In this document: piece after piece, positions 27,717 through 38,630 of the stretch
How the letters are laid out: each line of letters begins with the position of its first letter
Numbering within the stretch: the stretch's first letter is position 1
Assembly (NCBI GenBank): GCA_028534125.1
Contig: CM052818.1
Location: 22,136,001 to 22,200,000, forward strand
DNA from: Lama glama
Taxonomy: Eukaryota
Length of the DNA: 64,000 nt
Direction: 5' to 3'
Program-made: the position numbers and the translations under genes
The notes under the pieces: generated by a model
What the model was told of the DNA's origin: nothing
Database searches by the model: none
Seen by the model: only the letters and a program-made list of their open reading frames with translations

Positions 27717-30224
27717 GGGAATATATATATATATATTTAAAAGAAAAGAGTAAATTTTCTCTATACCTTTATGTAGTTTCTTAAATTGACCACCCGGTCT
27801 TGGGTTTATGAACAGAAAACCTCTCACTGTAAATGTGGAACCCCATGCCCTAAAGGTGAATGGGGTGAGTTTCAACATTATGAAATCACTTAGAGAACTT
27901 GGCCTTTGAGCAGTGACCACAAGGGGACCCAGCCTGTTCAGGACTGTTTTCTCCAACCCATTCACTACCTGCAAGAAAAGGAGAAGACAGGCTGAGGCCA
28001 AGGTGTTATGTTCAGCTCCTTTAAAGACTGGCTACCTGAATGAGTTCATCCCAGGATCTTTTGTGGACCAGTGGCAGACACAGTGTGAGGGCTTCTGCCC
28101 TCTTAGAGCAGTGTGCAGCTCTTTCCCTAGGTCTGCACAAGCCGTAGCCCTCAGCTCCTGCCCTGCACACAGCTTATCCCAGCTTGAGAGCCCCGAGGGT
28201 AGATCCAGACCACTTTTCCAGCTGTCCATGAAGAGACCAGTGGACTAGTAAGTGGCTTGCTGGTCTAGGGTCCGAGATAAATCCACAGATGGACTGGGAG
28301 GGAAGACCATGCCAAAATTTCAAACTAAGTCTACTGGTTGTTTTCATCGTGTAAAACGTTTTATACCATTTATGATGGATTTTTTTTCACTTTATAATAC
28401 TCCGTTTTATTTGGAGGAAAGACTGAAAGCAGTGATTCCCTTTGAGTCTCCAAGGCCTCCAACGTCTTTGTATATGTTGTTGCAAAGACTTTTCCATGTT
28501 TTTCCAAGTCAGGAAAGAATCGTTGTTAAGGTATAACTTCATTTCAGTGCTCCAGAGGAAAAAACCTTCTTTCCAGCTGTCTAGGCAATTTGGGTGGAAT
28601 CTGAAAAATTCAGTTTCAAATTGTATTTGTTGTTGTCTAGGCAAAAAATAATGAAAGCATGAAGTGAAATTTCAGATGAAATATAATTTTCATACTCTAT
28701 GCTTTTTCAGAACTCTTGTGTTCTGATATCAACAGGTAACCAGGGATTAGCATTCAGAAAGCATCCTTTCATTTATTTAAAACATGTTTGTAATTCTGAA
28801 TAATTAAAGAGCATTATTCAAAGGTCTCTTTAAAGTAAGCAGCACACTGGATAGCTTACTGCGTCCCTGTTGGAAAATTCCCTTGCTTTGTTTCCTGACA
28901 GTGAAAGGAATGGTATGAATGCAACTAGCTGTTGCCACTGCATCCATGATCCTGTGTCCCTGCCACATAAGTGGCTGAGTGCTATGCCCAGTTCTTGCAG
29001 GGACAAGTGGAGGGATGTCAAAGTGATGGAGGCTAATTCCCAACTCCTGGCAGCTGCCGGTTTCACCACTTAGGGATTAACAGCCTATGGCTAGTCGCTG
29101 GGAGAAGCCTTGGTAACTTAGAGGCAGAGTGGAGGTGACCTTTAAATGGATGTGCCTTCTGCAGCTTACTCTCTGGTTGGTATGTCCCAGGGGGTTCACA
29201 CTGCAGTTTTCAAGGTTCTGTTGTGGCTTGTTAATTATTGACAGCATTTCTTCATAAAAATATTTTTAAAAGCTTTTAACATGTTGATGAGAGTTAATTT
29301 GCAAAGAGCAGTTATAGCTTTGAGCTGCCCAGTAGATGTTTAAGCTAAACATTCTAGCTGCAGATACATGTATGAATATACTTGTCCATGACAGCTGGAA
29401 ATGGGCGATTTTTAACTTAACTACTGCCTACTGCCCCTATTCCCCCCTCACTATCCAAACCAAGGATTTTTTTTGAAAAATCAAACTTCAGAAGTCCTGA
29501 ACCCATTACCCTTCCAAGAAATATATTTGAATAAAGAAATCCACGAGCTGTGCAGAGGGCAAGATCACAGTAAATGCAGCTTCTAAGTGCTGGTGGTTTG
29601 ACTTGCAGGAAAAGGAACACGTAGTTCAGGTGGTGGTGGGTCCTTTGATGAACTGAAAATTGCTATAGGAAAGACAAGTGGAGAATCTGGCAACCTTGAT
29701 GGCACTGGGCTCACCTGAGAATGTGCGAGAAAGGCTTCAGGAATGCCACGTTTAGAATAAAAACATATTTCACAGTGGCAGGATGCGCTGAACTGTTTTT
29801 TTGTTGTTGTTGTTTTTTCAGATTCACTGGTACAGACTTATTTTTTTCAGTGGTTTCTCTCTTTTACGCACACGCACGTATCCACGCATGAACATGTTTC
29901 CGAAGGCAAAAGTGAAACTAGGAGCCACACACGCTGAAAAGGAAACAGATGCCTTTGGTGAAACAGCATTAGAATTGACAAAGTAGAATTTGGAACCTGA
30001 AAAATAGAGGCAGTGGGCCTTGCATAAGTCATTTGGCCCCAGAGAAACTCAGTCTTCCTTCTCTCCTCTCCAGCTCCTTTGTGGGGGTGGAGGGTCAGGC
30101 CTTTGTGAGCCCTGAAGTCTGTTGGGTACAGCAAGCCTCTGTATTCTTGAGATGGAGAGCACTAAGAGAGTTTGTACTCAATGGATAAAGCTTTTAAGTT
30201 TGAAAGTTACTCCATCTACTAGAT

Positions 30225-30450
30225 TCAATAATAGCTACCATTTATTGACCATTAACTTATCGGCATTATGTTTGAGATGCATTACCTCATTTAAGCTTCA
30301 CAACAGCCTATGAAGTAGTTACTCTTCACTGTTTTATAGATGATAAAAATTTAGGAGGTTCACTGACCTGTCCAAGGTCACCCACTAGTAAGTGACAGGA
30401 GTTGGACTTAAACTGAGGTTTGCTGGGTTCCAGAACATGTTCTCAACTCT
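30225..30450 (-). mobile_element. MIR SINE
   Basis: AATAATAGCTACCATTTATTG...CTCATTTAAGCTTCACAACAGCCTATGAAGTAG...TTTTATAGATGA...CCAAGGTCAC. Confidence 0.8.
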
Positions 30451-31581
30451 CATCTTACGTGCTATATTATTCAGAACTATAAAGACCCTGTTTCTTCTCT
30501 CAGGGTCATTTTGGTCTAGCTAACCTTTTGCCTGAGGGCTGCTGTGGGGAGTGCAAATGGGATGTGCCCCCTGCCCTGACAGCCATAAGCATGCTGTTGC
30601 AGTGATGGGGCATAGGACAGAAAGGGATTGACTGCCCAGAGGAGGTATGGTAAGGGTTTGTAAAAGAGGTGATACCTGGGCAGAGTTCGGAGAATGGAGA
30701 ATTGTTCCCCAAGTGTACAAGGGCGAAAGGACATTCATTCCAGTAAGTGTGAACTGCAGTGTGCAAAGGCACAAGGTTAAACAATGATCAGCTTGACAGA
30801 CCATATATAGAAAGTTTTTTTTTAATGTATATAGTATAATCTCAGCCTATTCCTCCCTCCCCTATAGAGATATCCTGCAAGATAGGGTTGTCTCAGCTTA
30901 TAAGATTGTCAGTAGATGGCCATTCCGCAAGAGCAGATGGCCATGCTCTATGAGAAATAGACCATATTGGCAAGCTTGAGAAATTTAGGGAGGGACTCAG
31001 GTGTAGGTCAGACATAGCTTCTTCAAACTCAGCCCAGCTTCCAAGTTGCTAACCCCTTGGTTAAGTAGAGGCATCTAGGGAAAGTGGATGATTATTTTCA
31101 TCATCAGCAGAAGTTTGGAGGCTTGACTTCTGGAAAGTGAGGATCAGGACAGGATCTGGGCCTGGGAATGCAGAGGAACTGGGGAAACGTTAATTAGGTC
31201 AGTGAGGGAGAGTGGAAGAGGATATTGGCTGGCTTCTGAAGCCATTCTGCAACTTTTCTCAAGACTCCCACTCTGGTTCTCATGTAGTGAGGGGGCTCAC
31301 TCAAAGCTACCAGGCTTTACAGAGTCCTCTTAGTTTGAAAGTACCTCCCCAACACTACCTAATAATGTTCTCTCAGCCATTCTGCCTTGTGAGGATTAAA
31401 TGATGTAATACATGCAAAGCTTTTAACACTAAGTCTGGCCCTCATCGATGCTTAGTAAATGTTACTATCAGCGTCATCTTTATTGCCCTGCTTCACATTC
31501 TACCAATTAGGAACTAGTTGTATCCATAAATCATTCATACCTCAATGTGATTAGGGCAAACGAGTTACTTTGGAAACATTG

Positions 31582-31640
31582 GGCTCTTCCAAGGCCCTGA
31601 AGATTTTGAGGCTCTTTCAAGGCCCTGAAGATTTTGAGGC
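31582..31640 (+). repeat. 28-bp tandem duplication (2 copies)
   Basis: GGCTCTTCCAAGGCCCTGAAGATTTTGA (31582-31609) and GGCTCTTTCAAGGCCCTGAAGATTTTGA (31610-31637), one mismatch. Confidence 0.9.
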
Positions 31641-33536
31641 AACCTTAGACTGAATTTTGCAGCTGGACAAACCCTGATAGAATGCAGGGACTGGCGCTTG
31701 CCAGTTTTATGACCTAAGATATGTTGGGAAGCGTCACTTTCCTCATCTTAAAATAGGGATGATGATGGTGACTTTATAATGAAGATTTAGTGAAGTAAAT
31801 AGAACAGTGTGTCTGAAGTACATAGCCAGTCTTGTGCACAGTAGTCACTTAATAAACCTCAGTTCCCTTTTGATTGTATGCGCTGGGGGCAGTTTGAGTT
31901 CATGGAGGGAAAGACACAGACCTGGAGAGGACACCTCTTTCTTGCCAAATGCAAATGTTCCTTCTGCCTGATCCCACTTAGTCACAGTTGGACCATGAAC
32001 TGCTAGACCACCCACCCTCCTGTCTGGTGACCCACCTCTGTTCTTCAACAGCCTACACTTACTTCTTATGTTCCCCAAAAGCATTGGCTGATTGGCCTGT
32101 ATTTTTCCACTAGACTAGATTCCCTGTGGCCTGGGCACCGACTTTGCTCTGATTCTCTGGTACCCAACCCAGTGCATGTTTGTGCATGTCTCCTTGCCTA
32201 ACCTGCAGGTATGGATGATGTCCAGCCACTTACCTGTGAAATCTTTCAGGAAAACTGAAACAGATTCTGAGGGTAAATAGCAGAGGGAAACACTTGGAAA
32301 AAAGCTTAGCCGTCACTCTGTGAAACTAGATGATCTCAAGTGTGGTATTTGCCTGCTCTGAATACTATATTCTAAATTTTCCAGGGTCCACCAGAGTTCC
32401 TGAAGTCCACAGGTGTATACCACCCTCACTCAAAGGTCCTTTATCTCCTCCAGAAAGTAGTTCCAACTCTCCATCCTGTTTTCTCTTCTGTGCCGCTGCA
32501 CACCCCCATGTCTGTCTCCGTGGGTACTGCTGATTTGTGAGCATGTTCGTTATCTACTGACCTCCCCTCTAAGCTGGTAGTTCCCCATGAGCAGTGTCCT
32601 GTTCCCCATTCCCACGTTTCTAAAGCAGAGCACATACCTGACAGTCACACTGTGTGCAAAGGAGCAACTGGAGATTCCTTGACCTGGGTCTGGAAAACAC
32701 TGCCCCAAGGGTTCTGAATGTGTGTCATGAACCTCTGGAAATTGTATAGGAAATTGTACGTGTATGTTCATAAATCTGCTTCTCTTTTGAGAGAATCCAC
32801 AGTTTACATTAGATTCTGAAATGTTTTCATGATCCTACAAATGTTAAAAAAACAAAAAGAGCCAACACCCTAATTTAGAGTTTTTCCATATACTTGTAAA
32901 TTAAAGCTTGTGTTTATTAGCTGGAAGATACTTTAGTGTTCCCTCGATATGCAGGTGTGAGCCTTGGCTTGGAAGAGCCCACAGACTCCATCTTGGAGCC
33001 AAGGCTGGCAGTTCTGGCCTGGACACTGCTGCTTACACATCATTGAGGGTCCAGTTAGCTTTTCTGAGCTTCAGTTTACTTTTTATCTGTGAATTTAGGT
33101 TTATGATGCCCTCCTGTGCTACAAGACTGCTGTAAAGAGACCATGGGTGCAGACATGTTATAAAACTGCCAAGGGCTGCACAATTGTGGGATGCAGTTCT
33201 TACCATTACAGATGTGTCATATCTCCTGTTACACGGGGACAAGGACACAGTAGGCAGTTGAGAAATACATGATTATAATGAACATGGAACGGGTTTATCG
33301 GAGTGAGAGGGGTGGAGGTTTAAAGACACCAGCATCTGCATGTCCTGCAATGTTTAGGCCTAGAACACAGCTAGGGATACTGAGGAAAGGATTTTAATCT
33401 ATGGTAAAAGAAGAAATGACCTTTGAGATTCCAAACCCATTTGCTTTATTTTCCAAAGAATTGAGACTAAGAGAATAGACGCTGCCCACTTCTTTCAGCA
33501 GAGGTCCAGAGTCCTCAACACTTTATTAAAAAACAA

Positions 33537-33672
33537 TTTTTTTTATTTTGGGGGGAAGATAATTAGGTTGGTTTGTTTGTGCATTTATTTATTTAATGGC
33601 AGTACTAGGGATTGAACCCGGGACCTCGTGCATGCTAAGCACGTACTCTACCACTGAACTATGCCCTCCCCC
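33537..33672 (-). mobile_element. Camelid-type tRNA-derived SINE with TSD
   Basis: GGGATTGAACCCGGGACCTCGTGCATGCTAAGCACGTACTCTACCACTGAACTATGCCCTCCCC; TSD GTCCTCAACACTTTAT (33511-33526) / GTCCTCATCACTTTAT (33674-33689). Confidence 0.9.
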
Positions 33673-36643
33673 TGTCCTCATCACTTTATAATGGAGGCGG
33701 AAAAATCCCCTTGCCATCATATCATCACTTTGTTGTCTTATCTTTTTTAAGTGGTACAGCATTCACACCACAGTCTTAATTCTCTCATTGAGGCTACGGA
33801 GAGCCCTGCTATTCCTAGAATATGCCAATCCTGTCTTAACACAGGCATAATGCAGTGTGAAAACTTTGTATTTCCCAGGTACCTTACTCCTTGGAGTGTT
33901 CTCTTAGCCACCACCTCGAAACACTGGGTATAGTTTGTTGCCATCACCGTCAGCTCGACAGACCCAGAAAGGTGACGACGACTTGTCCAAGTCACCAACC
34001 TCAGGGTCCGAAGTAGGACAAAAGTCTAGGGGCTCTGATTGTCCTTATAGATTTTGTGTCTCTGAAAAGCCTCTCTGCTTGACATTGGCACCTTCAGCGA
34101 ATCAAACTAGATGACTGTATCTATTCCCCTAGGGCTGTAAAGACTGTGTTTATATCCCTCACACTCCAGGCCACATATACCTGGAGAAGGTAAATCTCAT
34201 CAGACCCCCTCTCTGCCCCCAAAGACTGACAGAAGTAGCCTGGAAGTTTTGTTTTGTTTTGTTTTTTGCTTGTTATTTGTGTGCGTGTGTGTGCTGACTG
34301 GACTCTGTCCTTCCATTTAAACAATCTGCAGTAAGAGAGGAGTTTGAAATTACATTTAGTCATTGCTTTCTAATGAATGGTACCTAATTAAATATTACTT
34401 TAAAAATAGGCTTCTCTTTTTCTGTAATTGCATTACTCTTTAGAGGGGAGGTTTTGTTTTATTCTTTAACCTGATTGTGTGCTTTTGGAAAGTACCCTAG
34501 GACAGGGTATCTGAGAGCAGGAAATTCTGGCACTCTTCCTACTTTCCATTCTTTCTCCTGTGTGGATGCCAGAGATCTTTGGGAAATCATCATTTGCAAA
34601 AGGTCAGGAGCAAAAGGAGGGGCATTCTTTAGTGTACAGTTACTGCTAATTAGAAGCTAAACATCTGTAACCATGTCAGAATTCTTTGTATTAGAAAAGA
34701 AACATCTATACACAAGAGCCTTTTCGGTAACATAAAACACACTCTTAACACAGTGTGTGCGTCGGACGGCTCGGGGGACAGACAGCCTAGGAAGCTCCCG
34801 ACAAATGACTGTGCTGAGTGAGGTCATTTGCTAATTAAATCTCAGAGCTTTTTCCCAGTATTTTCTTTTCTCCGTCAAATGAAGGTTTCCCACTCACTCC
34901 CCCAACCCACCATGGGCCAAAGCAAACCTTTTACTGCATTTGCCAATTATAGATCAAACATTTAATCATTTTAAAGGAAAAATAAATGAGAAAATGGGCG
35001 AGTTGGCAAAATCCAGTCAAAAACCATTGGGAGTTCTCTAGCTGCCTAGTGTAGCCTCAGCCTTCAGTGCCTTCTCACGACATGTTGTAAGGGGAGCATG
35101 TCTCCGTCCTCAGAATGTGTGCTGATGGGCCCATCTCACGGACCTACTGTCTTAGGGGGAAAAAAAAATGACACAATGTTTTGACCCACTGTGTACCTCT
35201 TTCTCCCCTCTCCCTACTTCCTCCTGCCTCCCCATGATGAAATTCTGCTTGGATCATTACATTTGTACAGGAATTATATCTGTACTTTTATTGTCATATT
35301 AAGATAAATGTCAGTGATGCCCCTGGGGTGTTGGGAGCATTTCTGTTACACGGCTTTGTCTCTCCACTTGCTAAGCCTAAATGGCCACATGGGCCTAATG
35401 GCCCAGATCTTACCAGTAATTTTTCTTGGAATGCTTATTAGTTTGGGGGAAAAAACAAACAAACAAACAAGATGCCAAAAAACCCAAGGGGCCATCTCTT
35501 TCCCCTGCAGAGTCTGCTGTCTTCTGATCTTCCCCATTCTTGGCATCTAAGGTATTTATAAAAGTTGAGTTTTTTTTTGTTTTTGATGGGATGAAAGATC
35601 ATAAAATCTAGAGAGTTCTAGTCAAGAATTTATTTAAGCTAGGACTTACCATATTGGGTTTTCCTTTCAAAGAAGACTCTGTCTGTGAAAGCTCTCAAGT
35701 GCACGATTTCAACAAAATGGTTGTGGACGCTCAGGTTCTGAGTGTTTACAAAAAAAGTCAAGAGGCCCTTAGATGACCTGCCTTTCCAATGACCTTTGTA
35801 GAATCTCAAAAGACCACTTGTCCATGACTTTCACTTACTTAAGAACTGGCTCTTTGGGTATGAGTCAGCCCAAGAAGCAAGGATATGGTGACTCGAGGGT
35901 CCATCTCTTACTCTTACGACAGTAAGTTCCGAGCATATACTCTGCCATTACGATACCCCCCAGCCTCAGTTCCAGTGTTATTTGTGAGCCTCTACTTCAG
36001 CCAGACACAGTGACCTCGAGCATGTCTACTTTTGCTTTACACAACCATCCCTGGTTGAAACAGCTGCTTGCTTTCTTTCAGCATACTTGAATCACGCTTG
36101 CTTTCCTGAGCTCCATCCTTCTCAGTACTACAACTCACAATGCACAGTCTCATCCTCCTGCAGCCAAAACGTCAAGATCACTTACTTACCATTTTTCCAG
36201 TACTGTCTCATGCTTCCAGTTATCTTTTCAAATGTACTTCTCATCTTGCCAACCAGAGTATGAGCTCCTCAAACACAAAAGTGTCTATCATTTTTCCTGG
36301 ATTTATCGTGGTGCAGTTGTTCACCATGAGTGCCCACTAATTCGTTTGATTGCTGAGGAGCAAGAGTCTATTGTCTTATTTCCAAACCCTGTCTGCGTTT
36401 ATCCCTATGATAGAATCATAGATGTTAATGATGTTGATAAGAAAAGCAAAGTCACCTGTAGAACTAAGGAAAAAACAAAACATCATTTGGAATAGGAGCA
36501 ACCCCTCTCCTCCACACCTCCCCCACCCCCACTCACCCCCGCCCTTGCATGTGCCAGCCAGAGCTAGATGGAACATCAGCATGTGCAAAGGGACAGATAC
36601 GGAAATGAGCATCGAATGGTCTTGTGTTTTTCTTTCTTTCCAG

Positions 36644-36812
36644 ATGTGGTTGCTCACCTGTCTACCGCTCCCGGGAGATGGCAGCTCGTGCCCTGGTCCC
36701 GTTTGTTATGACAGATGAAATCCCTGATACCATCCGAACTCTGTTGGCCAAACTCCCTGACTGCACTGACCAGTGTTTCCGGCAAAACCATATTCATGGG
36801 ACACTTCTCCAG
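36644..36812 (+). CDS. THADA: Internal coding exon of THADA (armadillo-repeat protein; probably the orthologue of human exon 29)
   Basis: tttttctttctttccag|A TGT GGT...CTT CTC CAG|gtaagt, 169 nt, encoding (R)CGCSPVYRSREMAARALVPFVMTDEIPDTIRTLLAKLPDCTDQCFRQNHIHGTLLQ. Recalled human THADA: RCGHSPVYHSREMAARALVPFVMIDHIPNTIRTLLSTLPSCTDQCFRQNHIHGTLLQ. Strong canonical splice sites. Confidence 0.95.
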
Positions 36813-37611
36813 GTAAGTTAAGTCCCTTTTTGTGACTTCTGTCAAACACTACCGGATGAACTTTGATACTGTTAGCAGGTAAAGATTTGATACACAAGCT
36901 TTTAGCTCTATCTGTGGAACTTTTTTTGTTGCTGAAAGAACAAGTCTTTCCTCAGTGTGCTTTTTTCATCGTCAGCATGAATGCAGGGTCACACTCTGAT
37001 TCAGTCAGATCACCTTTTGCATTAAAACCTAGATTTTCTGCAGCATGCTTTCCCCCTTGGACTTACCTCTCTGAATCAGATAGTTCTGTCTTTTCCATCA
37101 AGTATGCCTGCAGAAAATTCTGGGCCACTCCTTGTTTCAGGGTGAAGTTGTGAGCATTCCTTGAAAGAGAGGTTAGTCCAAGAGGCACAGGGAGGGCTGT
37201 ACACATCAGGGAGAGTCTGCCCTGCGGCATAACACATAGTACATGAAGTAGCAAACCCTACTTTCCTATTTTCTCTGTGCAACGAAAAAGACTTTTATTT
37301 TGAATAAATATACAAAATGTTTATTGCTTTTAACTAAACAGTTCTAGAAAAGACTCAGTTACAACAAAGGATTGAGAAATAGACTTCTTATTGAAAATGT
37401 CTTTTGTTAAACCCTAGCTGTCAACCTGGGGGCAGGTGGTACTGGTGAGAAGCTCTGCTGTTCGTGTGGCTGCTATGGTCACTCACAGTGGGGTGGGGCT
37501 GGGGTGGGATTTACATAGCAGGTCATGTTTCTGATTTCTGAGTAGATCTAAAAGATGGCCTTGAGATTCAAATGTATGTTGTAAGTTTGAGATCCACACT
37601 GCCGCCATGGG

Positions 37612-37820
37612 AGGCAGTATGTAGAGTGCTTAAGGGCATGTGACTCTGGATCCAGACTAGCCTGGGTGTCGTTCTCACATCCATCACTCACTGTTTGTAC
37701 ATTTATGTCTTCATTTTTGAACCAAAGATAATAGTAGTGTGTAAATGAATTCATGCATATAAAATGCTTAGAGTAATACTTGGGACATAATAAGATACAT
37801 AGATAGTCATTATTATCATA
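37612..37820 (+). mobile_element. MIR SINE
   Basis: AGTGCTTAAGGGCATGTGACTCTGGATCCAGACTAGCCTGGGT...TAAAATGCTTAGAGTAATACTTGGGACATAATAAG. Confidence 0.75.
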
Positions 37821-37974
37821 GTTTTAATGAGACTGTACTATAATGAGAACGAATATTTTTAGTCACTAATTCCATCTAGGTAAGAGATGGCCGTGAGATC
37901 CAAATATATGTTATATATGTTATAAGCTATCTAGATGTAACATAGACCTGTTTCGTTGCCTGCCTTCCTGGTGG

Positions 37975-38300
37975 TTTTATTTATTCAACAAATATTTGTT
38001 GAATGGCTCCTACATACTACTGTGTCATAGTCAAAATAGTGATAAGTCGGTTCTTGCGTTGGAGTCGAGGGGGAAAAAAAGACCAGAAAATGGGCAATCA
38101 CAAAGTCATGTGCTAAGGGAAGACATCGCAGGGCCACCCGACTGGTCTTGGGGAAGTTGGGGAAAGCTTCCCAGAGAAAGTGACATCTAAGCAGAGAGCA
38201 GAAGTTGGCCAAGGGAAGGGAGAGAAAGAGCCTCCCATGCAGAGGAAACAGCATATAGAAAGGCTCAGGCTGGGTGGGAAATCAGTCCATCTGGGAAATG
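37975..38300 (-). mobile_element. L2 3' end
   Basis: TTATTCAACAAATATTTGTTGAATGGCTCCTAC...GGGAAAGCTTCCCAGAGAAAGTGACATCTAAGC...GCAGAGGAAACAGCATA. Confidence 0.75.
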
Positions 38301-38329
38301 CAGGGTTGAGTGGGACTTAAGTTCTAGGT

Positions 38330-38630
38330 TGGCAGGTCTTAAACTGGTTTTAGGACCTCTCTACCCTCTTAAAAATTTTTGAGGATCCCAAGGAGCTTTT
38401 GTCTTTCAATATTTAACCAGAAACTAAAACAGAAAATAAAACACAAGTACTCACAAGCACACATTCCATTAGTCATTACAGAGATGACATCATCACCCAC
38501 CTCTATTGTACACTTGTGAGAGAACGAGAAGGTAAAAAGAAAGTAATGTCTTAGTGTCATTTTGAAAATAGTTTAATCTGATAGAGCTTCTGAAAAGATT
38601 GTGCAAGCCCCAGGGGTCCCAGACCAGGTC
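38330..38630. mobile_element. hAT-type DNA transposon remnant
   Basis: AGGACC..TACCCTCTTAAAAATTTTTGAGGATCCCAAGGAGCTTTTGT...CCCCAGGGGTCCCAGACCA resembles hAT-Charlie MER elements; subfamily not determined. Confidence 0.55.

Noticed and set aside
31582..31640. CRISPR-like direct repeat
   Set aside because: Only two adjacent copies, no spacer, eukaryotic context; a simple tandem duplication.
5837..36643. Search for the preceding THADA exon (recalled ...HPSMFLLLLVLERLY...PFVPFIM)
   Set aside because: Not found by eye; it probably lies in the sequence missing at gap 1. A tBLASTn would confirm.
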